NCBI GenBank assembly: GCA_951406725.2
Contig: OX597818.1
Location: forward strand, 85,870,001-85,934,000
Source of the DNA: Octopus vulgaris
Lineage: Eukaryota
Length of the DNA: 64,000 bases
Reading direction: 5' to 3'
Shown: positions 1-13,776 of the stretch, one piece after another
Numbering within the stretch: the first letter of the stretch is position 1
Layout of the letters: every line of letters begins with the position of its first letter
Notes under the pieces: generated by a model
What the model was told of the DNA's origin: nothing
Seen by the model: only the letters and a program-made list of their open reading frames with translations
The model's database searches: none
Translations under genes and position numbers: made by a program

Positions 1-117
1 GTTCAGTCCCACTGCTTTACACCCTGAGCAAGTGTCTTCTACTATAGCCTCGAGCCGACCAAAGCCATGTGAGTGGATCTGGTTGACGGAAACTGAAAGA
101 AGCCCGTTGTATGTATG

Positions 118-174
<57 letters not shown>

Positions 175-370
175 GCGTGTGCATGTTTGTGTTTGTCCGC
201 CCAACATCGCTTGACAACCGATGCTGGTGCGTTTACGTCCCAGTAAGAGACCGATAGAATAAGTACTAGGCTTACAAAGAATAAGTTCTGGGGTCGATTT
301 GCTCGACTAAAGGTTGTGCTCCAGCATGGCCACAGTCAAATGACTGAAACAAGTAAAAGAATAAAAGAAT
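1..370 (+). mobile_element. SINE-A (tRNA-like head, internal microsatellite), 5' end cut by the window edge
   Basis: GTTCAGTCCC B-box-like motif, GAGCAAGTGTCTTCTACTATAG, internal (TA)n and tail CAGCATGGCCACAGTCAAATGACTGAAACAAGTAAAAGA. The same blocks recur throughout the window (e.g. 1361-1700, 2281-2480, 11630-11780, 19367-19666, 32311-32670, 39160-39550, 47570-47770, 60780-61290, 61490-61750). Confidence 0.85.
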
Positions 371-564
371 ATCAGTTTGCTGCATTTTCTTTTAGCAGCG
401 AAATAAATGTAGCAGTCAACTTTAACTTGTATCTTCGTATTCCTTGATGCTCATTATGATGATTCGCTTGAAACTCGAAGATTTATAACATTACCAGGGC
501 CTGAGCTACATGCACCTTTTCTGTTTTTTTTAGCTCGCTAAACACTCATCCCACTATTCATAGA

Positions 565-1080
565 GGGTCACAGGGATAGCGTCCTCAGGCACCTCCTCAT
601 TAGGTTTCTAACAGAAGTAAACGTCATTATATATTCTTGCTGGATTCTCAAGCGTGACCAATGTAGACAATGGATATTATCCAACCATCCCGTTCTTGGT
701 CTACTTTTAGGTTTTCTGCTGGTTGACTAAACTTAAAGAAATCCGTCTCACGATTCTTTCCTGAGATATTCTAATCACGTGTCCGTAGTACCGGAACTAT
801 GACCTCTCAATGCGGAGAAGCAGCAGCAGCTAGAGAGAGAGGGGGGGGAGACTCCGATCTTCGAGCTACACACCTTGTCAGACAACGTTACTCTAGAGAT
901 CCTTCAAAAGAATCCTTTTTCGACCATTTGTTCTCGCGATCGTAGTCTTTCGGCCATGGTGCGGATAAGCACGGAAAGCGAATTGAAGTTTGGTTTTTAC
1001 AAACTGCTTTTATCTTGCGGATCGAACCCTGGAGCTGGCGCAATACTGTGCCAGCACCTGCAATTCTAGCGTCCATTTTA
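565..1080 (-). mobile_element. Decayed RTE-type LINE 3' fragment
   Basis: Minus strand reads GTAGACCAAGAACGGGATGGTTGGAT (RPRTGWLD, like the RTE C-terminal GRPRTRWLD). A homologous copy lies at 30030-30390. Confidence 0.55.
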
Positions 1081-1707
1081 ACCTCCTCTCTTCCACCACT
1101 CGAGCTGACCAATAGTCAATATCCACAGGCATAGCGTACCTTCGACTACCTTATCGAATCTGACCTTTTAATTTTTAAGACGGTGAGCGTGTTTCGAGAG
1201 TAATTCAACTGTTATTTTAGGAATTGTCGCCTTCGCAAATACTTACTTACAATGGCTAGAGTAGAGGACAGCCCGTCAAAATAAGAATAATTATTTTTTA
1301 TAATTAGAACCTGGAAATGCAAAAAAACCACGATACAAACAGTAAATATTTTGCAGACGTGACTGTGTATTAAAGAGCTTTCTTCCCAACCACATGGCTT
1401 CGGGTTCAGTCCTACTGCGTGGCATCTTGGGCAAGTGTCTTCTCTTATAGACCTGGGCCGACGCTTTAGTAGAGGACACTTGGTAGACAGCAAGTTGCAG
1501 AAAGCCCGTCGTGTATATATTCCTTTAGTCTTTATTTTACTTGTTTCAATCATCTGACTGCGGCCATGATGGAACACCCAGGACCTATTTTTTAAAGCCT
1601 AGTACTTATTCTATCGTTCTCTTATGCCGAACCGCTAGGTTACGGAACGTAAATGCACTACCAACGGTTGTCAAACAGTGATGCGGGGACAAACCCACAC
1701 ACACACG

Positions 1708-1814
<107 letters not shown>

Positions 1815-3246
1815 ATATATATATAGGCAATATTTATATCCAACTTAACGTAGATGCTTTGTTAGAACGCCGAATACCGCATTATTAGCGCTGAGAGAAC
1901 TTCTCATATAGGCTTTTGGGTCATAGAAGCACACTCGTACAGAAGAGACTCAACAGTTATTGGCCGCCGGATCTCCCATAACCTATGATTTCAGTCTACT
2001 GGACATCATCAGTTGGAGGCGTCCGGTTAAGTCTGCTACGATGTATGTGTGTGGTTTTATGCAGCGAATGCTTATAAGTGGGGTTCTGTCAATGCTAATA
2101 ACGTAATATTCGGTGTTCTAACAAGACATTCACATTAAGCTGGATATAAAGATTGCCTTTTGATACTATTATTCTGTCGTATGTATGTATGTATGTATGT
2201 ATGTATGTATGTATGTATGTATGTATGTATGTATGTATGTATGTATATATGTATGTATGTATGATGACGGGGTAGGCAAACACAGACACAAGTACACACA
2301 CACCCACACATATATATACGACGGGCTTCTTTCAGTTTCCAACTACCAAATCCACTCGCAAGGCCTTTGTCTGCCCGACGCTATAGTAGATACTTCCCAG
2401 GTGTCATGCAATGGGACTGAACCCGGAACAATGTTGTTGGGAAGCAAGCTTCTTATCACACAACCACGCCTACGTCTCTATGATAAAAAAAAGATAAAAA
2501 TAAACCCTGATAGAATAAATATTAAACTTTCAGGGCGGTACTCCAGCATGGCCGAAGTCCAGTGACTGAAGCGTAAAGGATAAAGAGTATAAAAGAAGCA
2601 GTAGAAGTAAAATGCCTGTCGAGTTTACAGGAGATGAGAGTTCAAATCCCACAGCAGATATCCAAACGGGTTTTAAACCCAATATTTACATGCTATTATT
2701 TATAGCTTATCTACTTCGAGTTAAACCGTTCCGAAAAAGAATTAATATATTAATTTTATTATTGTTGAAATAACTAAATCTCTAATTGGTTAGATTTCTT
2801 GTTTAAGGCAAGGGTTTTGTGGTTGGGAAGCTTGGTTTGCAAACACGTTGGTCTCAAGTTCAGTCCCATTGCGCGGCACTAAAGCCTCGAGACGGCCAAT
2901 GCCTTGACAGTAAATTTGGAAAACGGAAACTGTGTGGAAGCTCGCTATACACACACACACAGTGGAAACGTATCAAATTAATGTGTTTTTATTAATACTG
3001 CAGGTTTCTTTCTGACTTTGACACGAGGCCAGTTATTTTGAGGGGAGGGGAAAACCGATTACATCAATCCCAGAACTGAATTGGTGCTTATTTTTATCAA
3101 TGCTGTAAGAACGAAAAACAAATTCGATCTCAGCGGCATTTGAACTCAGAACGTACAGTTGCCACTAAGGTCGATTTTGTCTGTCCTTTCGGAGTGAATA
3201 AGGAAAAAAGTACCAGTAACGTATTGGGGTGATGGTATCGACTAAT

Positions 3247-3827
3247 AAGGCGGCGAGCTGGCAGAATCGTTAGCACGACGGGCGAAATGCTTAGCGGTAT
3301 TTCGTCTGCCGTTACATTCTGAATTCAAATTCCGCCGAGGTCGACTTTGCCTTTCATCCTTTCGGGGTCGATAAATTAAGTACCAGTTACGCACTGGGGT
3401 CGATGTAATCGACTTAATCCGTGTGTCTGTCTTTGTTTGTCCCCTCTGTGTTTAGCCCCTTGTGGGTAGTAAAGAAATAGGTATTTCGTCTGTCCGCTGA
3501 AATCGACTTTGTCTTTCATCCTTTCGGGGTCGATAAATTAAGTACCAGTTGCGTACTGGGGTCGATGTAATCGACTTAATCCGCGTGTCTGTCCTTGTTT
3601 GTCCCCTCTGTGTTCAGCCCCTTGTGGGTAGTAAAAGAAATAGGTATTTCGTCTGTCGTTACGTTCTGAGTTCAAATTCCACCGAGGTCGACTTTGCCTA
3701 TCATCCTTTCGGGGTCGATTAAATAAGTACCAGTCACGCACGGGGGTCGATATAATCGACTTAATCCAATACTCTGTTCTTGTTTGTCTTCTCTGTGTGT
3801 AGCCCATTTGTGGGTAGTAAAGAAATA
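3247..3827 (+). mobile_element. Nested array of three SINE-B units (Tx1-type tail), inserted in an older SINE-B copy
   Basis: Head AAGGCGGCGAGCTGGCAGAATCGTTAGCA and three tails ending GTGGGTAGTAAAGAAATA. Outer 16-bp TSD GATGGTATCGACTAAT at 3231-3246 and 3828-3843. Inner 15-bp TSD GGTATTTCGTCTGTC at 3480-3494 and 3643-3657. Confidence 0.9.
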
Positions 3828-4240
3828 GATGGTATCGACTAATCCCCTCCCTTTAACATGGCTGCTCATGTACTAAAATTTCAAGCAATTTTTTATTTAG
3901 GTTACACGTTGATTGCAATATTTCCTGTGGCTCAAGTCTTATTTTCCGTCACTCACAGTAATTTCCGGTCCTACTATGATGCTCACTTAATTATCCTATT
4001 TTTAAAAGCTAGAATTTTAGAAATAATTACAGTAAAAGAAGATGTGTTAATAATAAAATTTTAAATACTGGAGGTAGCTGTGAAGATGCTGGCAGACATA
4101 CAGGTAGTAACAACGGCAACAAGCAAATGGTTTCTATGGCGATATACTGTAGCACTTTTAGTGGTTATTGTGACACAACAAGTGACTTCCAGTGACACGT
4201 CTAATGTATGCTGGTGTACTTTCTGTAACGGGCATTTATC

Positions 4241-4757
4241 AAGGAGGAGAAGGGGGAGAAAGAAGAAGAAGAGTAGAAAGAAGAAGAGGAGAGGAAGGAA
4301 GGAAGAAGAAGGCAAAGAAGAGGAAGAAGAAAAGGAGAAAAAAGAAGAAGAGGTGTAGGAAGAAGAGGAGGAGAAGGAGAAAGAAGAAGAGAAAGAAGTG
4401 GAGGGGAAGGAGGAGGAAGAAGAAGAAGAATAAGAAGAGGAGAAAGAAGAAAAGGCGAAAGAAGGCAAAGAGGAGGAGGAGAAAGAGAAAGAAGAAGTGG
4501 AGGGGAAGGAGGAGGAAGGAAGAAGAATAAGAAGAGGAGAAAGAAGAAAAGGCGAAAGAAGGCAAAGAGGAGGAGGAGAAAGAGAAAGAAGAAGTGGAGG
4601 GGAAGGAGGAGGAAGGAAGAAGAATAAGAAGAGGAGAAAGAAGGCAAAGAGGAGGAAGAAGAAAAGGAGAAAGGAGAAGAGAAGGGGAGAAGGAAGAAGG
4701 GTAGAAGAAAGAAGACGAAAGGAGAAAGAAGAGGAGAAAAAGAGGAGGTGAGGGGGT
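4241..4757. repeat. Polypurine (GAA/GGA) low-complexity tract with internal higher-order repeats
   Basis: Almost entirely A/G on the + strand; repeated block GAAAGAAGAAGTGGAGGGGAAGGAGGAGGAAG. Confidence 0.95.
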
Positions 4758-5379
4758 ACGTCCTTCATGTGGCGAGGTTTACTCCAAAACGCAATTAACT
4801 AGTGATTGAATCTTGTTAAAAATTTTAATTAAAATTTCTTATGCAGCTTTGTGTAAGAAGGTTGCTTCCCGACTACATGGTTCTGGGTTCAGTCCTACTA
4901 CATGGCACCTGAGGCAAGTGTCTTCCACCCGTTGTTATTATGCAAAAGTGCCGTAAATCCAAAACGTTTTTTTTTTCAGAAAACGGAAAAATAGTTTCAC
5001 CATTCCATTTCTTTTTACATTAGCAACAGTTTCAGCTTAACAATGATACTTTTTTAGGTGCATAAAATCGGAATTCTATACATGCATGGTATTTTCAGTC
5101 AGAAATATTTTTGCAAAACTGTCGTATGTGGGGCTTACTACACTTTTGAAAAATGCTAAACCGTAGTACTACAATTTGACAATTTTCATCTGAAGAAGCT
5201 GGAGATACGACAGTTTGACAAAAAGAACCGGCTATTGCAAGCAAAATTAAATATTGGGGGAAAAAAAACAATAACAAAAAAAATGCATTTGACTAAATTT
5301 GGACATACGACAATTTAACATAATAGTAAGGCCTGATCAAAGTCTTGTGAGTAGATTTAGTAGACAGAAAGAAGCTCGT

Positions 5380-5456
<77 letters not shown>

Positions 5457-5458
<2 letters not shown>

Positions 5459-5662
5459 TTAATCCAAACAAGAAAACACAAAAAAACACAACAACGCGAG
5501 GACGTGGAACAAATATAGTATTATTGGACGCTCAGGAAAGAAGGGAAGAAGGAGGGTTTAACGTTTTGAGCGGAGCTCTTCCTCGGAAACATAGGAGAAA
5601 GGAAGATCCCGAGAAGGGAAGATAGGAAAAAAAATCGCCAACGGTACACACGAGGTCACATA
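5457..5662 (-). mobile_element. Small Penelope-like element with a degenerate hammerhead; same family as 27181-27383
   Basis: The reverse complement aligns end to end with 27181-27383. The core is mutated (CCGAGGA...AAAAC). Flanked by microsatellites. Confidence 0.75.
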
Positions 5663-6229
5663 TATATGCATACACACACACACATAAGTGTATGTGTTCT
5701 ACTATCGCTTGACAACCGATGTTGGTTTGTTTACGTTCCCATAACTTAGCAATTCGGTAAAAGAGAACGATAGCATAAGTACTAGACTTAAAAATAAGTA
5801 GTAAGGTAGATTTCTTTGACTAAACCCTTCAGGGCGGTGCTCCAGCGTCGCCGCAATCCAATGGGTGAAACCAGTTCATATATATATATATATATATACT
5901 CACACACACTTTCAGAGTAAAAGAAAGGGCTGATGGCGTAAATTTGTTTAAAGTGGATCTCAACTTACCAGAATGTGACCTACCACACTTGATTTTTATG
6001 ACTTCCTCTGCGGCACATATAGAACGAGATATGTAGGATCCACTTATGAAACTGCAATAGAATGCCACTGACAGTTGTAGTTTGGAGTGGCTCTTTCTGT
6101 AACATGTCCGTCATGCATAGCCCTCTTAATCCATTGGTTTCAAGCGCTGAGATCTGTTGTAATCACCATCCGTTTGTTTCCAACAATGGGGTCTTTGGCA
6201 GTTGTTCATGCTTCACTCTTACCGCCAAG

Positions 6230-6840
6230 GGTGGCTCCATCAGGAGTTTAGAACTCCTGACGGTATCGCCCTCAGAGTCACTGGTCCACGCAAGATCCTC
6301 CAACACGACAAGGAGCGACTATTAGAGGAGAATACTGTGACCAACAACAAAGTCCTGGAAAGAGCCAACAGCCAATGCACCGAATCGCTGATCATGGAAC
6401 ACCGTCTTCGATGGTCAGGGCATGTAGCAAGAATGGAAAAAAACAAGGATCCCACGCGAAGTCTTATTTAGGAAGCTCACTTCAAAGAAAAGACCACGGA
6501 GTTACTCTCTTCGAAGATACAAGGACCTAATCAAAACAACATTGAAAGCTGCTGGAGCCTAAATCATTTGAAACGCAAGCCCGAGACCGTACGAACTGGC
6601 AGTGTTTCATCATTATTGGAACCAAATATCTGAAGCCTCCAGAAGAGAAAACGAAGAAATCAAACAAGAGAGAAAGGGACGACAAAATCAACCTTGTCCT
6701 CCACCAACATTACCATACGATTAATACCATCGACTCTTCTATGGAAGAATTGGTCTAATTAGTCATCAACGCCATTACCATAAGAGAAGCGATCATCAAA
6801 AGAAACAAAATTTTCGGATTCGAGATAAAACTGACGACTA
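6230..6840 (+). mobile_element. RTE/BovB-type LINE 3' fragment (decayed ORF)
   Basis: Translates as VTNNKVLERANSQCTESLIMEHRLRWSGHVARME, a typical RTE C-terminal region; frameshifted. Confidence 0.8.
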
Positions 6841-7664
6841 TCTATAAATACACCTGTATAACATACATAATGCAAATACATTGCTGACAGGAAATTTACT
6901 GCGGTATTCGCCTAGGGATAACACCTCTCATAGATATGAAGTGTTTCAAAAGACAATATATATGGGAAGAAGACGAAAATCATCCAAACATCAGTGAGCG
7001 AGAACGTCAGATGGCATTTCTTTCTGGTTGGGCATTATCAATGGCGTGTACTCACCTATTGACAAAGCCCTTTAATACTGGTTCTTTTGCATGCATGAAC
7101 TCACACACCCATCTACCCACCATCCATCTCTCTGTCTCTGATATGTTTTAAATTTTCCCTGTTTCGTACTGAGTCAGTCAAAGTATTTCTTATGATAAAA
7201 GGCAGATTTTCTCTGCCTGTGACTATGTTTCTTTTTAATACAATTCTACAATATAGAATTTCTTCAATTGGAATTTACCTATGATTTTTCGAAGTAGGTT
7301 CGATTGTGTCATGGCATATACATTTTTTTCAATTTCACCCCCAATTAAGCAAAAATTCGAGAAAACTCAATATTTTACGATTTGCCTCTCTCATTTCAAA
7401 TACTTTACTCCTGCTATTACCACACTTTCTCCTACTTTCTCTTTGCAAGTGTATACCACTATCATATCCTCTTTTTGCAACTCTTATTCAACATCACACA
7501 TTCTGCTACTTTCTCTTATTAATGCTTAAACCAATCCTCAAAAAAAAAAAAGGAAACAGAGATCTGTCGCTAACTTTTGTTAGTATTCATTGGCGAGCGT
7601 ACTTCAGTTATCAATTGTTGAAAGAAAGAAATTGTAAGCTAAGAAGGTGTGTGTGTGTGTGTGC

Positions 7665-7739
<75 letters not shown>

Positions 7740-7815
7740 GGAAGTGAAGGATAAAAATATGGCAAGAAGTGGACAGATGTACATATATACATACATACAT
7801 ACATCCATACATACA

Positions 7816-7846
<31 letters not shown>

Positions 7847-7862
7847 TAATGTGTGCGTGTTA

Positions 7863-8251
7863 TCTCTCTATATAAAGCTGAAGTTGTCTGTGTGCGGCAG
7901 GTTTGGTAGCCTTCAACTAACACTATCTCTTCCGAGACCCTGCGGCGCAAGTTGACCAAAATTGAGAGTATGATAGAAGAAGGGTTGCTCTTCCTTCCGT
8001 AAAAGATAAAATTCAAATCGGACCATGTTAACACCAAAAATTATTTACATCAAAAAGGTGCTTTTTTCTATGAAAATCCATATTTTTTACGATTTTTTCA
8101 CTGCTGTGTCGCCACTTTTCGGTGTATTTCAACCAGAAAAATGTTCACTTGAAGAGAATAACAAGCTACATAATGCACAATTTTTACTTTTCAAAAATTC
8201 CAATTCCAGCGGGTCGAAACAAACTCGAGCAACGCCGGGTGATACTGCTAG
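7863..8251 (+). mobile_element. Non-autonomous Helitron
   Basis: A|TC start (TCTCTCTATATAAAG), 3' hairpin CTCGAGCAACGCCGGG, CTAG|T end, no TSD. Confidence 0.85.
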
Positions 8252-8637
8252 TGGGTAATAATCATTCATAGACCGAGAAAGAGAGTTCTGCAAATTCATG
8301 CAATATAGTGAACAGGTGCACGGTGTGCCACACGTCAGGTGTCAAAGTGATCGTCGAGCAACGTGAAACAAAGTGGTTTTCTCAAGAATACAGCGCATCA
8401 CTTAAGCCGGCGACACCCTCACCAATAGGCCATGCGCTCTCACAAGCATGGTACACACACACACTCACACTCGGCATTAAAGTTGCTATGCGCTTCCGGT
8501 CACCAGGTCTGGAGAGTTGTCAAAATTGTCTAGTGCAATATTCAGCGTGAAACCGACGGTAGCATTCTTTCCTATTCAAGGTACAAGGTCCGAAATTTTG
8601 AGAGTCCAATCGATTAAATCGTCGCCATCACTAGTGA

Positions 8638-8840
8638 TCACCCAAACACCATGAAGTTGACTGGATGTTTGATTTTCATCATTCTCTGTACATGCTTTGG
8701 GGACACAGCAAGCCAACGGTTGTTCTGTGTGTTCACCATCTGTTCGTATTGGAGCTTACGGCGCGAATGCCAAGAAGTACAACATGTCGTTTCCAAATTT
8801 CTCACAGATGGTGCCCAACTGACCATCCTATACTGTATAG
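8638..8840 (-). mobile_element. Tc1/mariner-superfamily (maT-like) transposase fragment
   Basis: Translation NTQNNRWLAVSPKHVQRMMKIKHPVNFMVFG resembles the N.QN.R.W...K.P..MV(F/W)G segment of these transposases. Confidence 0.6.
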
Positions 8841-8934
8841 TCGACAAAATGAAAAACAAATAATGCGCATATGCGAAATTAGAAATATAAAATGGCGACA
8901 ATTTACCCATTGCAACCTATTTGCGTATGTATAG

Positions 8935-9598
<664 letters not shown>

Positions 9599-10098
9599 GT
9601 TGTTGATGTTATAACTTCATAAACTTTTCCAGATAACATGAATAATTTGTTTTTGGAACAGTGGAACTCGAAACACATAAATCTAAAAATAGTATATAAA
9701 CATTGGATTGAATGACACTGTTGGAGAGAAAAAGTCAAGGGGCAGCCTTAAATAGAGCAATTTCTATAATGGGTAACAAAGCGTATCAAATCAGAACAAG
9801 TTATTATCTACAAGGGAGACTACTCAGATCCACTTTTATACGAGTTATTTAACTTGTTTTACATCGCGTAACGTGCCTTTTTCATTTAATCATCAGACTG
9901 CGACCATGCTGGAGCACCTACTTTAAAACCGAACGGATTTATCACAGTACTTATTCTTTGTAAGCCTAGTATCTATTCTGTCGGTCTCTTCTACAGAACC
10001 ACTAAGTTATGGGGACGTCAACATACCAACATTGGTTGTCAAGCGATGGAGGGGGGGGGGCAGAAAGACCCAAATACATACATACATACATACATACA

Positions 10099-10130
<32 letters not shown>

Positions 10131-10131
10131 A

Positions 10132-10185
<54 letters not shown>

Positions 10186-10187
<2 letters not shown>

Positions 10188-10438
10188 ATAGAAATGGTAA
10201 GACAACAAAAGAATGAAAGAGACCTCGATATTATGTAAACAGAGGAATTTATATCTGTAAATATAATATGTGACAATTGTTCGATAGGCATGATAAAATA
10301 TCGAGTTTCGGATGTCGGAGCGGAAACCTACGCCGGTATCTCTTCAGTTATCGGCCCATCGAAGAAAATGCCCCGACATCTGAAACTCGGAGTTTTATCA
10401 TGGCTACCGAATAATTGTCACATATTATATTTACAGAC
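10186..10438 (-). mobile_element. Penelope-like fragment: inverted repeat plus degenerate hammerhead, between microsatellites
   Basis: Arms of about 65 bp at 10254-10318 and 10373-10437. Minus strand reads GATAA-CTGAAGA-stem II-CGAAAC. Confidence 0.6.
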
Positions 10439-10466
10439 ATACATACATACATATACATACATATAC

Positions 10467-10518
<52 letters not shown>

Positions 10519-10643
10519 GTAAATATTAGAGAGCCAATACGGATAAATATGAATTTGTATCCCCGGTTTTTTTGTGCTAGGTCGCTTGGTGTTAAAATAA
10601 GGGTATTATTGAATTAATATCTATAATTTTATTCACCCTCATT

Positions 10644-10729
<86 letters not shown>

Positions 10730-10730
10730 C

Positions 10731-11270
10731 CAATAAAAAAATGGAGGGGATCAATAGGTGGTTCATCAAATTTTAGACATTATATTATGTTAACTTATTT
10801 ATTTACCAAACTGACAATTACAAGAATTACATTCATGTATAACATATTATGCTTTACATATAAGATATAAAATATATTAATATATACTAGTAATTATTAC
10901 AATGTTATGTTGTAATAGTTACTGGTATCTTTATATATTAACATATTTTATATCTTATATGTAAAGCATAATGTTATACATGTATATATATTCTTGTAAT
11001 TGTCAGTTTGGTAAATAAATAAATAAGTTGACATAATATAATGTCTCAAATTTGATGAACCACCTATTGATCCCCTCCATTTTTTTATTGATCTATAAAT
11101 TAATAGTAAAATATCTCTTTACCTTCCTCCATTTAGTACACTAGGTAATGTAATTGCAATGCAATTAAAACACTTGTGTATTAAAATAATTGGATATTCT
11201 ACCAGCAGTATATTGGATAGATATTATCTCTTAGTTGGTTGGATTCACAGCCTCTAACTTTCTTGAAGTT
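10731..11270. repeat. 360-bp palindrome (10731-11090) within an AT-rich element related to 32930-33420
   Basis: CAATAAAAAAATGGAGGGGATCAATAGGTGGTTCATCAAATT is the reverse complement of the sequence ending at 11090. The 3' part (CAGCAGTATATTGGATA, AATTGCA..GCAATTA) is shared with 33300-33420. Confidence 0.8.
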
Positions 11271-11590
11271 ATATATATCTCTCTTTACTCTTTTACTAGT
11301 TATTTGACTGTGGCCATGCTGGAGCACCACCTATTTTTTTAGTCGAGCAAATCGACCCCAGGACTTATTCTTTGTAAGCCTAGTACTTAGTCTATCCTAG
11401 TACTTATTCTATATATATTTATATATATATATATACATACACGCACACACGTATATTTATACATATATATACACACACACACATATATATACATATACAT
11501 GTATGTATATATATACACACATACATATATATATATTTATTTAAACATATACATAAATATGTATGTATATGTGTGTGTGTGTATGTATAT

Positions 11591-11632
<42 letters not shown>

Positions 11633-11778
11633 CGGGCTTCTTTCAGTTTTCGTCTACCAAATCTACTCTCAAGGCCCGAGGCTAAAGTAGAAGACATTTG
11701 CCCAAGGTGCCACGCAGTGGGACTCAACCCGGAACCATGTGGTTGGGAAGTAAGCTTCTTACCACACAGCCACGCGCC

Positions 11779-11925
<147 letters not shown>

Positions 11926-13146
11926 GTCGAGTTTCTTTCAGTATTTTTCCAAAGTATCACACAATAGGACTGAACCTGGAGCCATGTAGGTTGAGAAACA
12001 AACTTCTTACCACAGTCACGTCTATTGTTATTGTTTAATTGTTTTAATATCGGTAGTATTGATTGTTTTAAAAAAAGCTGCTTATCAAAAAATATATTTA
12101 TTCCTGACGTGTGGAAGGCATATGACCCAGTGGTGAGACTGTTGCACTAACGATCACAAGATTGGCGTTTCGATTCCCGGGCCGGGAGCAAAACATACAT
12201 TTCATGTTGCTCCAGTTTACTCAGCTGTAAAAGAGTCGCCACCCTAGGGGATCTCGGTTACCTAAACAACAAGGAAAATGGGCAACTGGCATGATGAGTC
12301 CTAGGGCTCGAAACAGACAGAATTATTATTATTCACCTTATTTGGAAATGCATATGTGCATGAGAAATGTTTTTCTTTCATTCCGTAATGTCCAGGTTTG
12401 GCTGTGTGATAGAAAGTTTGATTTCGAATTCAGTACTTTAGGCAGATGGGCAAATGTCTTGTACTATAGCTTCGGGTAGACCATGCCTTGTGAGAGGATT
12501 TAGATATATATATAAATAAAACCGTCATTTACTTCAGCTGTTAATGTAGAGTAACAGTTCCCGTACTCTTGTACTTTCTCTTGTTTCAGTCATTATTGAC
12601 TATGGCCAAGCTGGGGCACTGCCTTGAAGAATTTTTAATCAAATGTATTGACTCTAGTAAACGAGGCTTTGGTCGGCCCGGGGTTATATAGTAGAAGACA
12701 CTTGCCCATGGTGCCACGCAGTGGGACTGAACCCGGAACCATGTAGTGGTGAAGCAAACTTCTTACCACACAGACATGCGCCTATAAGGTTGTTAATTTT
12801 TATTCTTATACTTAACTTTCATTCTTATACTTGTTTGTCATCGGACCGCGGCCTTGCTGGGGCACAACTTTGAAGGGTTCAAACGAATCGTTCTTAGTAT
12901 CATATTCTGTCGGTTCTCTATGATCGAATATCTAAAGCTACACATAGACAAATATATATGTACAGTTATATACAGCTATGGGTTAATTAGCATGCGTGTG
13001 TGTGTATGTGTGTGCGCGCACACACGCGTGTATATATATATGTGTGTGTGTATATATATATATATATAGGGGTCGATAAATAAAGTACCAGTTTCCCACT
13101 GGGGTCTTGTCCCCTCTATGTTTAGCCCCTTGTGGGCAGTAAAGAA

Positions 13147-13177
<31 letters not shown>

Positions 13178-13776
13178 AACACACACACACACACATATAT
13201 ATATATACATATACACATACACACATATATCAAAATAAGGAAAACACAGGTCGGTCCAAGGCTATAACAGAAAACACCTGCTTAAAGTACGCGCAGTGAG
13301 ATAGCCCGAAACCTCGTGGCTGCAAATATGATAACAGCTAGGTAGGTGTCTATTTTGTACAAATAATGATAATAATAATAATAACTATATATATACAAGA
13401 ACACCAGAGTATATTCCGCGGTATTTAGTTCAATCAGCGATACAAACAATAAAACTGAATAAAGTGTCCGATGCGCTACATAAAGGTAAACAATTCCTTA
13501 AAATTTATCTTAGAGTAACCTCCCTTGAATTCTTTAACATAGTCATATAGTTTTGCAGCTGGCAGAAACGTTAGCACTCCGGGCGAAATGCGTTGCCGTA
13601 TTTTGTCTGTCGCACATGTGTTCGTGAAGTAAGAATTGCTGTTTCGTGGTGTTAATATTGTTAACAACTGTTGTTTCTTGTTAAACTGTTGAATAACTTA
13701 ACTGTTGGAGTTTTCAATTGAAAACACTTAGTGCTTGTGGTAGCACGCGTTGTTCATTCCCCCTTTGGGGGGAAGA

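Noticed and set aside
3247-3827. Repeat-spacer look of the recurring GGTATTTCGTCTG motif (CRISPR-like)
   Set aside because: The intervening segments are homologous SINE bodies, the context is eukaryotic, and there are no cas genes.
4103-4222. Possible minus-strand exon (TTACAG acceptor, GTATGT donor)
   Set aside because: No recognisable product, and two frames are equally plausible; too weak to call.
4061-4768. Several ORFs rich in K/R/E or S/F/L
   Set aside because: Produced by the polypurine tract.
5186-5250. CTGAAGAAG hammerhead-like start (also the GAAAACAGCTGT motif near 57398)
   Set aside because: The complementary half of the catalytic core is missing or too degenerate.
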